From contig JAAOMT010000460.1 in NCBI GenBank assembly GCA_016748015.1, positions 26,820-90,819 of the forward strand: a stretch of 64,000 nt of DNA, in the 5' to 3' direction. The translations under genes and the position numbers were made by a program. The notes beneath the pieces are model-generated. The model was not told where the DNA came from, made no database searches, and worked only from the letters and a program-made list of their open reading frames with translations. The DNA is from Geosiphon pyriformis uo1 (taxonomy: Eukaryota > Fungi > Glomeromycota). The number at the start of each line of letters is the position of its first letter. Positions within the stretch are counted from its first letter, which is position 1. Below are positions 13,383 through 25,356 of the stretch, piece after piece.

Positions 13383-15539
13383 ATGACCATGATCAGAGCA
13401 AAGAGTAAAAAAGCTGCACCAGATATCTGTCCTGAAATATCTAATAAAATTTCAACCAGAGGAGCTCTCTTTGTTGTAGAAGCAACTAGGCAAAACGTTT
13501 TAAAAGCCTTCTTTTTACCCAGTAATCGTGATAAGCTGCCTTTGGTAGCCATTGAAGCAACTTCCTCATCTTTGGCTGGTTTTTCACCAGTCAAAGTTCC
13601 CTCAAAGAAACACACTTGGGTTAATTCCAGTGTTGCCTTCACCCCAACCAAAAGCCCAAAAGTTTTTAATAATAGACCAGTAAATAAGCTGGTTTTCCCC
13701 TCCATAGATTCAATACTTGGTGCTGCTAGCACCACCTCTTCAAAAAAAATGGTCAAAAAGACCAAAAGTTCAGAAAAGTGGGAGCAGTTGCTTGTCTTTG
13801 CTATTGTTATACTGAACCCCTTTGTGGTTTCCAATGAGATCTTAGATGAGATCTCCATAGCATCATCTAGCACGTCATCTAAGATAGACCAAGATCAACT
13901 ACTGGCTGTATTGCCAAATGTGGTATCTTCCAGCAGATCATCACCAGTTTTAGAAGCAAAACAATCTCTTTCTGTTGGGTTACCTGTTTTTGGGAACTGG
14001 GCTGATCAAATAGAAACTGAATTATCTCCTCCTCTAGTTTCTGGTGCTATTTCTGGTGGTGCTTGGGAAACTATTACTAGTCATCAAAAATTTGCTAGAT
14101 GAATAGCCTCTACTCTGGTGTCTGGTGCTACTTTTAAGATCAAATTGGCTCATATTAAGGCTGTTTTTCAGTCTGTACATGGTTTTTTGGGTGCTAAATC
14201 TGTTTCAAAAGACAATGTAAAGCTTTTCTGTGTGGAGTTTGCTTCTCAACAGTTTTTGGAAGCTGTATTTCTGGTTGAGCTTACAAGTTCTGTTCACTTG
14301 GCCACTTTTAAAATTGTCAAGTCTTTGGTGGTTTCTGAATCTGGTTCCTCTCCTGCCACTGTTGTACTGCATGATATACCTTTGGGTATGTCAACTGCTG
14401 ATATTAAGATGGCTCTTGGTGTATTTGGTAAAGTTGCCCATGTTGTGCTGAAGCCTGCTGGTGTTTGGCAGTACATGGTTGTTTACTTTAAGGAATTAGA
14501 TGCTGCTACTGCTGCTCTCAATCATTGGTTGATTCTGGTGGACAAAGATAGTGTTAGAATCCTTCCAGTTATTAATCAGAATAAGGTCATTCTGTTTCAT
14601 AATAGGTTCAAGGCCAAGTTGGTCAATCTTCTTTCTGGCTGCACAGCTTTTGAAATTAGTGATATGATTTCTTGAGTTGGTGGGCAGACATGCTTCATTC
14701 CTTGGTTTTCTGATTCTGGTCATCATTCCTGGTTTGCTTTGGTTATATTTGACTCTCAAGACGATTTGGATTCTACTGTGATCAAGACTAGTACTCTAAG
14801 AAAATGCTGTATCTGGTAAGAAACTCCTGGCTGCTGGCACTGCTTTAGATGTCAAGAAGTAGGCCATCTGGCTGCAGATTGTAAGGTTTCTCTGCCTCTC
14901 TCTCCTAAGGCCCCCAAGATGTTTAATACATGTTTTGTAAGTGGTGTTTCTTATGCAAAAGCTTCTGTTCCTCTAAATGTTTCTGGATTTTCTTTTTTGG
15001 TGGCTTCTGATCTGCTAGCTTCTCCGCTTGCTGCATCCTTTGTTGCTCCTGTTACTGACTCTACTGTTGAGCTTAGATTGAATTCTATGGAAAAACAGAT
15101 TTTGGATTTGACTGCTTTGGTTAAGTCTGTCATTGAGCCAATTGGTTCTTTAGTTATGTTGGTTACTACTCTTTTGAATGATAATGCAGTTAAGGCTCTA
15201 AAGATTGAGAAAGATCTTCTGACTATGTGTAATGTCTCCAAGGGCTTTGCTGATCTTTTGGTTGGTGTGTCTAAGGATTTTGCCAGTCTTAAGGCTGAAG
15301 TGGAGTTTGGTAATCTTAATGATAATGATGTTGGTGCTGTCAAGACTTCTCTATTGAGCAATAACACAATTGACAATGCAGTTGTCTTGTGGCAAATATG
15401 TGGTCCTAAAATTAAAGGTAGCAGTGAAAAAACTAGATTGTTTTTTAGTAAGTTTATTTTTGATTCTAGAAATTTGAATGGTGTTATTAAGAGATTTGGT
15501 GAGCTGGGTTTTCTTCCGGCTTTTTTTAATTCAGCTTAG
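13383..15539 (+). pseudogene. LINE ORF1/Gag-like nucleic-acid-binding protein (about 718 codons, 3 premature stops, no frameshift)
   Basis: Track ORFs 13344, 14118 and 14919 share one frame. RRM-like segments, a CCHC knuckle CFRCQEVGHLAADC (about 14841-14882) and a C-terminal coiled-coil-like region. Stops at 14100, 14673 and about 14817. Confidence 0.8.
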
Positions 15540-15582
15540 TTGGTGCTTTGACTAACTCGGGTGGTTGGTCACATGTAGAAAG

Positions 15583-15649
15583 AGTGTGAAACACATCTAA
15601 TTTGTAATCCTATAGTGGCGCAGTGTATTAGATAGTGTTTGGGCACACT
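15583..15649 (+). other. Predicted 3'-UTR RNA stem-loop of ORF1-only element copy 1
   Basis: agtgtg/cacact, aaacac/gtgttt and atctaat/attagat pair, with a 1-nt and a GGG bulge. Confidence 0.65.
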
Positions 15650-17754
15650 TTGTTAAAACATTAATAAAAAAAATAAAAAAAAATTTACTTTATTTAAATT
15701 AGTATATAAAAAAAATATTGCTACTTATAAAATTAAAAATACTTATATATTCAATAAAGTTAATTATCAAAAAAATTTTAGTTGTTTTTTTAAAAAAAAC
15801 TTATCAGCTTATAAAAACTAAAAAAAAAATAATAAATAATAGTTATTAATATTATACAATTATAAAAACAACAAAGAAAATATAATAATTGTTTACTTAA
15901 CTAACTTGTTAAATTTAAGATAAAAACAAAATATTATTATATTATAATAAAGCTAAAAAACAATAAAATAAAAAATTTAATCTCAATTAAAATAATTTAT
16001 TTTATATCTAAAAAATATTTAAAAACAAAATTTATAAATTATAATTAAAAAACAAAATACTATAAAAAATCAGCATATAAAAATTAATTAAAATTTTATT
16101 ACATATATTAATTATTAAAAATACAAATATTTTAATTTAAAACACAAATCTTATTAATTAGATTCACAAAATTTCAAACTAATTATTATAATTAAATATA
16201 ATTTTTATTATAAAAATTAAACTAAAAAATCTAAAATATATAAATATTAAACAAATTATTTAAAAAAATAAAAATATTATTATTATAAATATTTTAAAAG
16301 AATTTTTAATTTTTGCAATAATTATTTAAAGTTATATAGAAATTAAATACAAAATTTAAAAATAATAATCAATAGAATAGAAATCTTTTATAAAATTATA
16401 AATTAAAAAAAAACAAAAGTTTAATTAAAACTACTTTTTTTTAATTTTATTAAATAATATTTAAAAGACCAATAAATTACTTATAAAATAGTTAAAAATT
16501 TAAACAAAGTCTTAAACAACTTACAAACTAAATTTAAACTTAACAATATTACTTTAAAAATATTAAATTATAAAAAAAAAGTTTTTCTAATATTTATTGT
16601 TTCTATAAAATTAATAAAATATATAAATATTATACTCAAATTGAAACAACTAATTATTTAATAAAAAAATATTATAACAAATTAAACAATTTATAAAAAA
16701 GAATAATTTGTTTTTATATTATAATACAACTTATTATTAACTATATTTAACAATAAATATTTTAAATTATTAATAATATTAAAAAAATAATTAATCTTTA
16801 ATTTAAAAAACTGCAAAGAATAATTATTAAAACAATTATTAAACATTATACAAATTTGGTAAATTTAGAAAGATTTTTCAAAAACTTATTTTTTAAAAAA
16901 AAGAATATTATTATTCAAAAAAAATATAATTAATATATATTAATACAAAATAATATAAAATAATTAGCAATAATGCAAAATAATTAATAATATAAAAATA
17001 GCAAAAATATTAAGCTTTTAAAAATTATTTTGTATAATTAAATATATATATACATATAAATAATCTTAGTTTTAAAAAAAAGTATTTTCAATTATTATTT
17101 ATTTTTAAAATTCAAAATTCAATTAGAATAACCGAATCTAATTGTATTTTTATTTTTTAAAACATTAATTAAAATATTATTACCAAAAATCTATAAATTA
17201 AATTTTGTATTTTTATTTTTAAAAATTTATTTTTTTTGTTTTATTTAAATGCCAAATACAATTAACATAATTATATTATTAAATAACTTAAATCAATATA
17301 ATTAATAAAATATTAATTATTTTATTTTATTTTTTATTTTTTATTTTTAAAATTTTGTTTAATCTAAAAAATCTATACTTATAATTTAATAATAAAACAA
17401 ATAGATTGATTTTTATAATCATATAATTTAATTAATATAAATATAAATTATTTATTATAATAAAGTAATTTAATAACATAATAGCTTAATAAAAAATAGA
17501 GTATATTATAAGATTAATTTTATTAAAGATTATTAATTATAATTAAGTAGTTTTAAGAAAAACTGTAATTTTAAACAAACTACAAGATTATATAATTTTA
17601 CAAAATATAAGAATATAATAAATATTTAAAATCAAGTAAGAAAATATTTACAAAACAAATATTTTCTAATTATTAATTAAATATAAAAAAATATTAAATT
17701 AAAAATATTAAAGCCAAAATTTTTAAATCAAAAACTCTTTGTTTCCTTAATTTT

Positions 17755-19874
17755 ATAACCACAATTAAAGCAAGAAGTAAAAAAGCTATACCTGATATCT
17801 TTTTTGAGATATCTAATAAAATTTCAATCAGAGGAGCTCTCTCTGTAGTAGAAACAACTAGGCAGAATGTTTTAAAAGTTTTTTCTTTACTTAATAATCA
17901 TAAAAAGCTGTTTTTGGTAACTATTGAAACAACTTCCTCATCTTTGGCTGGTTTTTTATCAGTTAAAATTTCTTCAAAAAGACACACTTGAATTAGTTCC
18001 AATATTGTCTCCACCCCAACTAAGAACCCAAAAGTTTTTAATAATAGATTAGTTAACAAGCTGATCTTTTTTTCCATAGCTTTAACACTAGATGCTGCTG
18101 GCATCTTTTCTTCAAAAAAATGGTCAAAAAAACCAAAAGTTTAGAAAAATGAGAGCAGTTACTTGCCTTTGCTATTGTTACACTGAACCCATTTGTGATT
18201 CCAAATGAGATTTCAGATAAGATCTCTGTTGTATTATTTAACACATCATCTAAGATAGACCAAGATCAACCACTGGCTGTATTACCAAATATGGTGTCTT
18301 CTGACAAATCATTGTTGGTTTTAGAAGCAAAGTAATCATCTCTTGTAATGTTACCTGTTCTTGAAAACTAGACTGACCAAATGGAAACTGAATTATCTTC
18401 TCCTCTGGTTTCTGGTGCTGTTGCTAGTGGTGCTTGAGAAAACATTACTAATTATCAAAGATTTGCTGGGTGAGTGGTCTCCATTCTGGTGTTTGATGCT
18501 ATTTTTAAGTTCAAACTGGCTTATGTTAAGTCTGTTTTTCAGTTTGTGCATGGTTTTTTGAATGCAAAGTTAATGTCAAAAGACAATGTAAAGCTTTTTT
18601 GTATGGAGTTTGCTTCTTAAGTGTTTTTGGAAGCTGCATTTCTAGTTGAGCTTACAAGTTTTGTTCATTTGGCCACTCTTAAAATTGCTAAATCTTTGGT
18701 GGTTTCTGAGTCTAATTCTTTTTCTGCTGCTGTTATATTGCATAATATGCCTTTGGGTGTTTCTGCTGCAAACATTAAGTCAGCTCTTGGTGTCTTTGAT
18801 AAAATTTCTTGCATTTAATTGAAACTGGCTGGTATTTAGCAATATGTTGTTGTTTATTTTAAAACTTTGGATGCTACCACATTTGTCCTTAATCACTGGT
18901 CAGTTTTGGTGAACAAAAATAGTGTTCAGATTCTCCTCTTTATGAATTAACAGAAAACAATTGTGTTTTGTAATAGGTTTAAGACCAAGTTGGTCAATCT
19001 TTTTTTGGCTGCACTGCTTTTGAGATTAGCAATATGATTTCTTAAGTTGGTGGTCAAACATGTTTCATCTCTCATTTTCCTAAGTCTGGTTGTTATTTTT
19101 GGTTTGCTCTGGTTATATTTGGTTCTCAAGTTGATTTGGATGCTACAGTACTAAAGACTAGTACACTAAGAAAATGCTGTATCTAGTAAGAAACTCCTGG
19201 TTGTCAGCATTGTTTTTGGTATTAAAAGATGGACCACTTGACTGTAAACTGCAAAGTTGTTCTATCTTCTTTTTCTAAGACTCCCAAGGTGTTTAAACCA
19301 CATTTTGTTGGTTCTTTGTCTTATGCAAAAGCATCTGTTTCTTTTGTTTTTTCTGAGTTTTCTCTTTTGGTGGCTTTTGTTTCTCCTGTGACAGTTGAGA
19401 ATTCTTTGGTGTCTTTTCAACTGGCATCTTTGGAGTCTGATTTGGCCAAGCTTTTTGTTTTGATTGATTCTATTATTAAGCCTATTGGCTCTATGGTCAA
19501 AGTTTTTAAACAATTTGTTAATAGTAATCTTGTGTTTAGCAGTAAGCTTGGAAACAAAGTTAATAAGCTTATAGTGCATTTGAGTGTTTTTAGCAAATCT
19601 GTTAGTAAGTTAAAGAGAGATAATAGCATTAAAAACCAAGTGTGACATAGAAAATATTAATTTGTCTGGTAATTCTAATGTTCCAGTTGGAATAAGTAAT
19701 GAGGTGTTTGGTAAGTTAATAGCACTATGAGAATTTGAATCTCTTAAGATTAAGTCTAGTTCTTTGAAAACAGCTGAATGGCTTGTTGGATTGGTTCTTA
19801 GTAGTCTTATTTTGTTTAATATTATTCAAAAGATGTCTACCTTGGACAAGTTTTTTTGTAAATTAACAACATAG
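17755..19874 (+). pseudogene. ORF1/Gag-like protein remnant of copy 2
   Basis: Homologous to copy 1 (TTIKARSKKA..., ELTSFVHLATLKIAKSLVVSES, decayed CCHC). ATG has become ATA; many stops and small indels. The C-terminus diverges from copy 1. Confidence 0.75.
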
Positions 19875-19919
19875 TATAGCCTGAATTGGTTTGAATAGCT
19901 GGTTACATGTAGTAAGCAC

Positions 19920-19984
19920 ATGAACCAAATTTAGCTCTGGACCACTTAGTTTGGTCCTAATTTCTAAATTGTGGTTGGGCCATA
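19920..19984 (+). other. Predicted 3'-UTR stem-loop of copy 2
   Basis: aacca/tggtt, aatttag/ctaaatt and inner ggacca/tggtcc pair, with the same bulge pattern as copy 1. Confidence 0.6.
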
Positions 19985-22449
19985 CTCATTAAATTTATAA
20001 TAAAAAAAAAACAACAAAAATTAAAAACTTTAATATTATTATTATTAAATATAATACACTAATAAATAACAAAAAAAAATAGTATTATATAACAATAAAA
20101 ATAATAAAAAAGTAATTAAACTTTAATAAATGAAATATACAAAATCAATCTTATAAATATTTTAATTGCTATTCTTTTTAATAAGCAATAAAAAATTTTG
20201 AAAATAATAAATAATCTGTATTATTAACAAAAAATAATACTTTTAAAATTAAATATTAAATATTAATTGTAATTTTCAGTAAACATTTATTCAATATACT
20301 TTATAAAAACTAATAATTATACAAATTAAGAAAAAAAAAGAAAAAAAAATTTTATATTATTGTATTAATCTTTATTTTAAATAAATTTAATCTAAATATA
20401 AATAAATTTTTATAACTTTAAAAAATTCTGTTTACATATTATTAAAAAAATATTAATAATTATATTAATAAATAAATAAAAATAAAATAAAATAAATAAA
20501 TAAATAAATAAATAATTATATTAATAATTATTTCTAAAAATAATATAATTAATTAATAATATTAATAATTAATATATATAGCTAATTATAATTAAGTAAA
20601 TACATAAAACTAAAAAGTAAAAATTTTATTTATAATATTATTTTTCCAAAAAAATTGAGTTTTAACAAAGATATAAAAATCTGTTACAATATTAATTTTG
20701 AATTCAAAAGATTAAATTTTTATATAAATTTTTTGGCTTTTTTGCAATAATCAAAATTTTTAAAATATCTAAATATATAATATTTATGATTTTTATCTAA
20801 ATTTATAATATACAAGTTGTTTTTCATCTATTTATAAACAAAAAATTTTTTATTATTTTTTAAATATATTAAAAAATATATTTTTTTTAACAATTATATA
20901 ATTAAATATATACTTTTTTATTTTGCTGTTAATTTTTTGTTTTTTTATAACAGTTTTTTATAAATTAATAACAAAGTATATTCTAATATTATTTTTAATT
21001 ATTATTTGTTTTTTAATAGTAAACAAAATATTTAAATAGTTTTTTATTTAATATTTATAAATAATAAGAAAAATGTTTTGTATATTTTAATTAAAAAAAT
21101 ATTTTTTTATACTAATTAAAAATATGTTTAATTTGGAATTAAAATAACTTTATTTATAACTGTTTTAGTATTATTAATAAATATTATAAGTATTATAACA
21201 ATTAATAATTATTTGGGTTTTTTATAATATTTTTTAATTTATATATTATAAATAAATTAATTATTAAATATTATTTTATCTTATAAATATAAAATTTATG
21301 GTGAATACTTTGTTAATTATAAATATATTTTTTTAATAACTTAAAAATTTAATTAATATTTAAGAACTAAGTTATTAATATTTAAAAAAAGTGTTTTTTA
21401 AGTTTTTTTTAAATGTTTTTATCTTTTTATAAGCAATTATTTATGTTTTTATCAAAAAGTTTAATATTGTTTTAAGCTTTTATTGTAAAATATTTTTATA
21501 ATTAAGTTGAATTATTTTTTTAAATACAGTCTTAATATTGGTTACAATAAAAAATATTGTTATTTGTTTATATAAGTAAAAAAATTTATAATTAATTATA
21601 TTATAATTTATTATTTAATAAACAAAAAATACAAAAAGCAAAACTTTTTTTATAAATTTATTTTTTTATTGGTTTTTGTTAAAATTTTGTAAAGTATTTA
21701 ATTAAAATATTCTAATTTATTAGTTTAAAAATAATAAAAAAAGAAGTATTTATAATATACTTCAAGTTTTTTTTATTAATAAGTTAATAAAAGTTTTTTT
21801 TTATTTAAAAGTAGTTTTTGCTAATATTTATTTTTATATATGATTTTTTGTAAATAAAATTGGTAATTGAAATAATTTTTTAATTAGATATTGTTTTGAC
21901 TTTTATTTATTTTATTAGGTAATTTGTTGTTATAATATATTAATTTTTATTAAAAATTTATTAATATTAATTTTAATTCTGTTAAAAAATTAACTAATAA
22001 ATATTAAGTAAATATTTTTTTTATTAACAAATATTAATAATATTTTGCTAATGTCTTTTGAATTGTTTTTGTTTTTTCGAAATGTTCTGTTAAAAAATTA
22101 GTGTATATATTATATATTATAATTTTTTTTCTTAAATTAGATAACTTTTTAAAATTAATTAGAATCTTTTTGGTTTCTTTAATATAATTAGTTTTGTTAA
22201 ATTAAGTTTTTATTTGATTGTTTTTATAAATGTTTTTTTTTGTTATTAATTATATTTTGGCAGATATTATTTTTTATTTAAAAATTTAATAAATATTGAA
22301 TAGTTTCTAAGTTTATTATTATATTTAGATTAAAAAAATTTAAATTAAATTAATTAGTTATTACTAATTTGTTTTTTATTAGATAACTAATTAAAATAAA
22401 ATATTTGTATTTTAATTGCTTATTTTGTAATACTTAATATTATAATTGT

Positions 22450-22950
22450 ATTTATTTAAGTATATAATTTAATAAATAATCAAAATATTTATTTTAAGTT
22501 TTTAAATATATAATTATATTATAAAATATATAAAAATAAATTTTTAATGTTTTGATTTAAATATTTTGTTTATTAATCTTTGAAAAGTAGATAAAATATT
22601 TTTTAATCTAAAAAACATTATAATAAACTTATAAGTTTTATACTTTGTAATAAAAACAATTTTTTTTGTTAGTAAAATTTATTTTTATTTGTTAAAATCT
22701 AGTAGTTAAATTAATTATTGTAAAATAAACTGAATTTTTAAATTTATTATAAGTGTTGTTAACTTTTAAAAATAAATATATATTTATTTAGTAATTGTAT
22801 TTAATTAAAAATAATTAATACAAAATTATAAAGTTTTTTTTTTCTTAAATATCACAATAATTAAAAATGATTATTTGTTTTTAGTTTTTATATAAATCTA
22901 AGCTTTTTTATGTAGTTTTTTTTTTAATAAATTTATCATTTTGATAATTA
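22450..22950 (-). pseudogene. Extremely decayed Ty3/Gypsy reverse transcriptase relic (element E; surrounding ~20.6-23.5 kb probably belongs to it)
   Basis: Minus strand reads MFFRLKNILSTFQRLI (about 22571-22618; consensus MPFGLKNAPSTFQRLM) and FTIINLTTRF*QIKIN (consensus FTTIDLASGFWQI). Confidence 0.65.
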
Positions 22951-24460
22951 ATTAATAAAATTTTAGATAAATAAATTAAACATTTTTAAGTTTGATCACA
23001 TGTTAAATGAAATTTTTTGACCAAAATGTTTTTTTTAATATTAATTTTTTGGTTTTTTTGCTGGATTTTTTTTGCTTAACTATTAATAATTAAATGTTTT
23101 TTGTATAGTTTTAATTTTTTTATTAAAAATTAAACTTATTAGTTTTTAATCTTTAAAAAAAGTTAAATATAATTTGAAAAATAAAAAAAATAATTGTATT
23201 AATATTAAACATAAAAACTATGTTATTAATAATTCTATTTTGCTTTCTTTTTTAAATATTTTTCTAAGAATATTATAATTAATAAATAAGTTTTCTATTA
23301 ACTATTAAATTTTTGCTGTTTGTTTATATATTATTTAATGATTTTTTATTACTGTTAAAAGTAATAAAAATTAGTTTGACTTTTTTTTAAAATGCTTAAA
23401 ATTATTAAAATTATTATTGTTGTTATTTTGTTGTTATTTTGCTATTATTGTTATTACTATTAAATTATTTTTAAAAACACTATTTAATATTAGCATTTAT
23501 TTATAATAAGTTTTATTTTATTACAAATAAAAAATTCACAAAAATTATTGTGTAATCTTTAATTTTAATATTTTTATATCAGTTTTAATACATATTTTAT
23601 TGATTTAGATAAAAATAGCTTTAATAATTTTTAAGTTTTTTTTAACTTTATAAATATTAGTTATAAGTCTAATTAATTACTCAAATATTTTATTTACAAA
23701 TTTATATATATATTTAAATTTTTACTTATATAAAATATTTATATTTACACTTAAATTAAGATCAAAAAAACAAGTTAAAACATTATTAATAATATTATAA
23801 AAACTTAATTTTTTAATAAAACTATTAATAAAAACCAAAATAATATTCAAATCAGTTTTTTTAAATTAAATTAATTTTTTTTTGGCTTAAAATTTAATTT
23901 ATTATTTATAATTATACAATATTTACAATATTTAAAAGTTTAATAAACTTTTTTATATTAAATAAAACTATATTAATATTATTAATATAAAAACCAGTAT
24001 TTAATATGTTTTATATTTTTAAAGCTTTTAAATTATTAAAAAAAACCAAATATATAAAAATCTTTTTAATTTAATATTAAATTTTAATTTTAATTTTTTA
24101 GTAATTTTAGATATTAATTGTTTTAACTTAAAAAACTTTAATAATAACTTATTTAAAATACAATTAAATTTGTAAAACAAATTTTAGTAATAACCCGTTC
24201 TTTTCGTAATTTGCCTTATGTCAATATTAAATATTTTATTAGCTAATAAACACAAAATATTCTTAATAAATTTATATTGTATTCAATTTTTTAGTTATTT
24301 TTAACTTATTAAATACATTAATTATAGCAATAACTTTTAACAGAAATAAATTTCTAAAATAATTTATTTAATATTTTTAATATTTTTAATTTTTAATTTT
24401 CATTAATTTTTGTTTATTTGTTTATATAAAAAATTTAAATATTTAATAAATAAGAATCAA

Positions 24461-25356
24461 TATTATTAGAAGTCTTTGGTCTTTTTTTCTGAATGTTATT
24501 ATTATTGGTTTGCTATTAATTTTTAATTATTAAAAGCTAATCAATCTTTGATAACTGAATTTATTTTTAAATTATTTTCTATAATTTGAATCATTAAACT
24601 TATAAGTAAAATAGCCAATTTTATGCCAGTTATTTATATAGTTACTTTACAATAAAAATCAACTTTTTTCCAGAAATTGTTTGTCTAAAAACTCACTAAA
24701 ATATGCAGTTATTTTGCTGTAAAAATCAACTTTTTTATAGAAATTTTGTTTGTAGACTATTCTAATATATATAGTAAAAAAATATAAAAATAAAATAAAA
24801 TTTTTGTTTAAGAAAATTGTTTTCTGTTCAAGTTTAAAGTTATTAATAGGTTACTAAAATTAGTAGTTAATTAATTTCAAAACATTAGTTAAAATTTTAA
24901 GGAATTTCAATTCGTAACTAATTAAAACAAATTATGTTTTTTTTTTGAAGTATTTAATCTTTATTGATTTGTATTAAAAAACTTGTTTTAAGAGTAATAA
25001 TTCTAAAATAAGATATATTTTTTCAAAAAAAAAGCTCTTTTTTTATACAACTTATTATAATACTAGTCTTTAAACTTGTATTTTTTTTTTGTTATTATTT
25101 TAATATATTAAAAATACATTTTAGTAAACTATAAATTGTTTTTACAAACTATGAATTATTTTGTGAAATTTTACAAATTTTGGTAAATTCTTAAATGTTA
25201 TAAAGTTCAATATATTATATAATTTAATTATTATATTTGTGTATTATACAAATTAAATTATTAATTAAATAATAATATTTGATAATTTGATTAAATAATA
25301 ATAAAAATTATAAGAATAATTTTATGTTAATTAATAATTAAATTTTATTGAAAATA
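24461..25356 (-). repeat. 3' LTR of element C
   Basis: Aligns to the B LTR at 41670-42643 and to 53505-54185. The right boundary is approximate. Confidence 0.8.

Larger units (their letters stand above)
13362..15681 (+). mobile_element. Non-autonomous, ORF1-only non-LTR retroelement, copy 1 (HAL1-like organisation)
   Basis: 12-bp TSD AATTTACTTTAT at 13350-13361 and 15682-15693, preceded by TTT. AATAAA and A-tail at 15663-15681. Same 5' end (actctttgttt) as copy 2. No ORF2. Confidence 0.85.
17734..20017 (+). mobile_element. ORF1-only non-LTR retroelement, copy 2 (more decayed, different 3' subfamily)
   Basis: Colinear with copy 1 from the identical 5' end. A-tail at about 19999-20017. Probable TSD aaat(c/t)aaaa at 17725 and 20018, preceded by TTTT. 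Confidence 0.8.

Noticed and set aside
15694-17724. Ultra-AT stretches (also 12450-13349 and 20030-20600) as specific elements or a centromere
   Set aside because: They are probably ancient TE relics, but no motif could be recovered by eye.
13358-19629. Antisense ORFs over the ORF1-only elements (e.g. 13358-13873, 14951-15376, 19417-19629)
   Set aside because: They are shadows of the sense ORF's codon bias and are not kept intact between copies.
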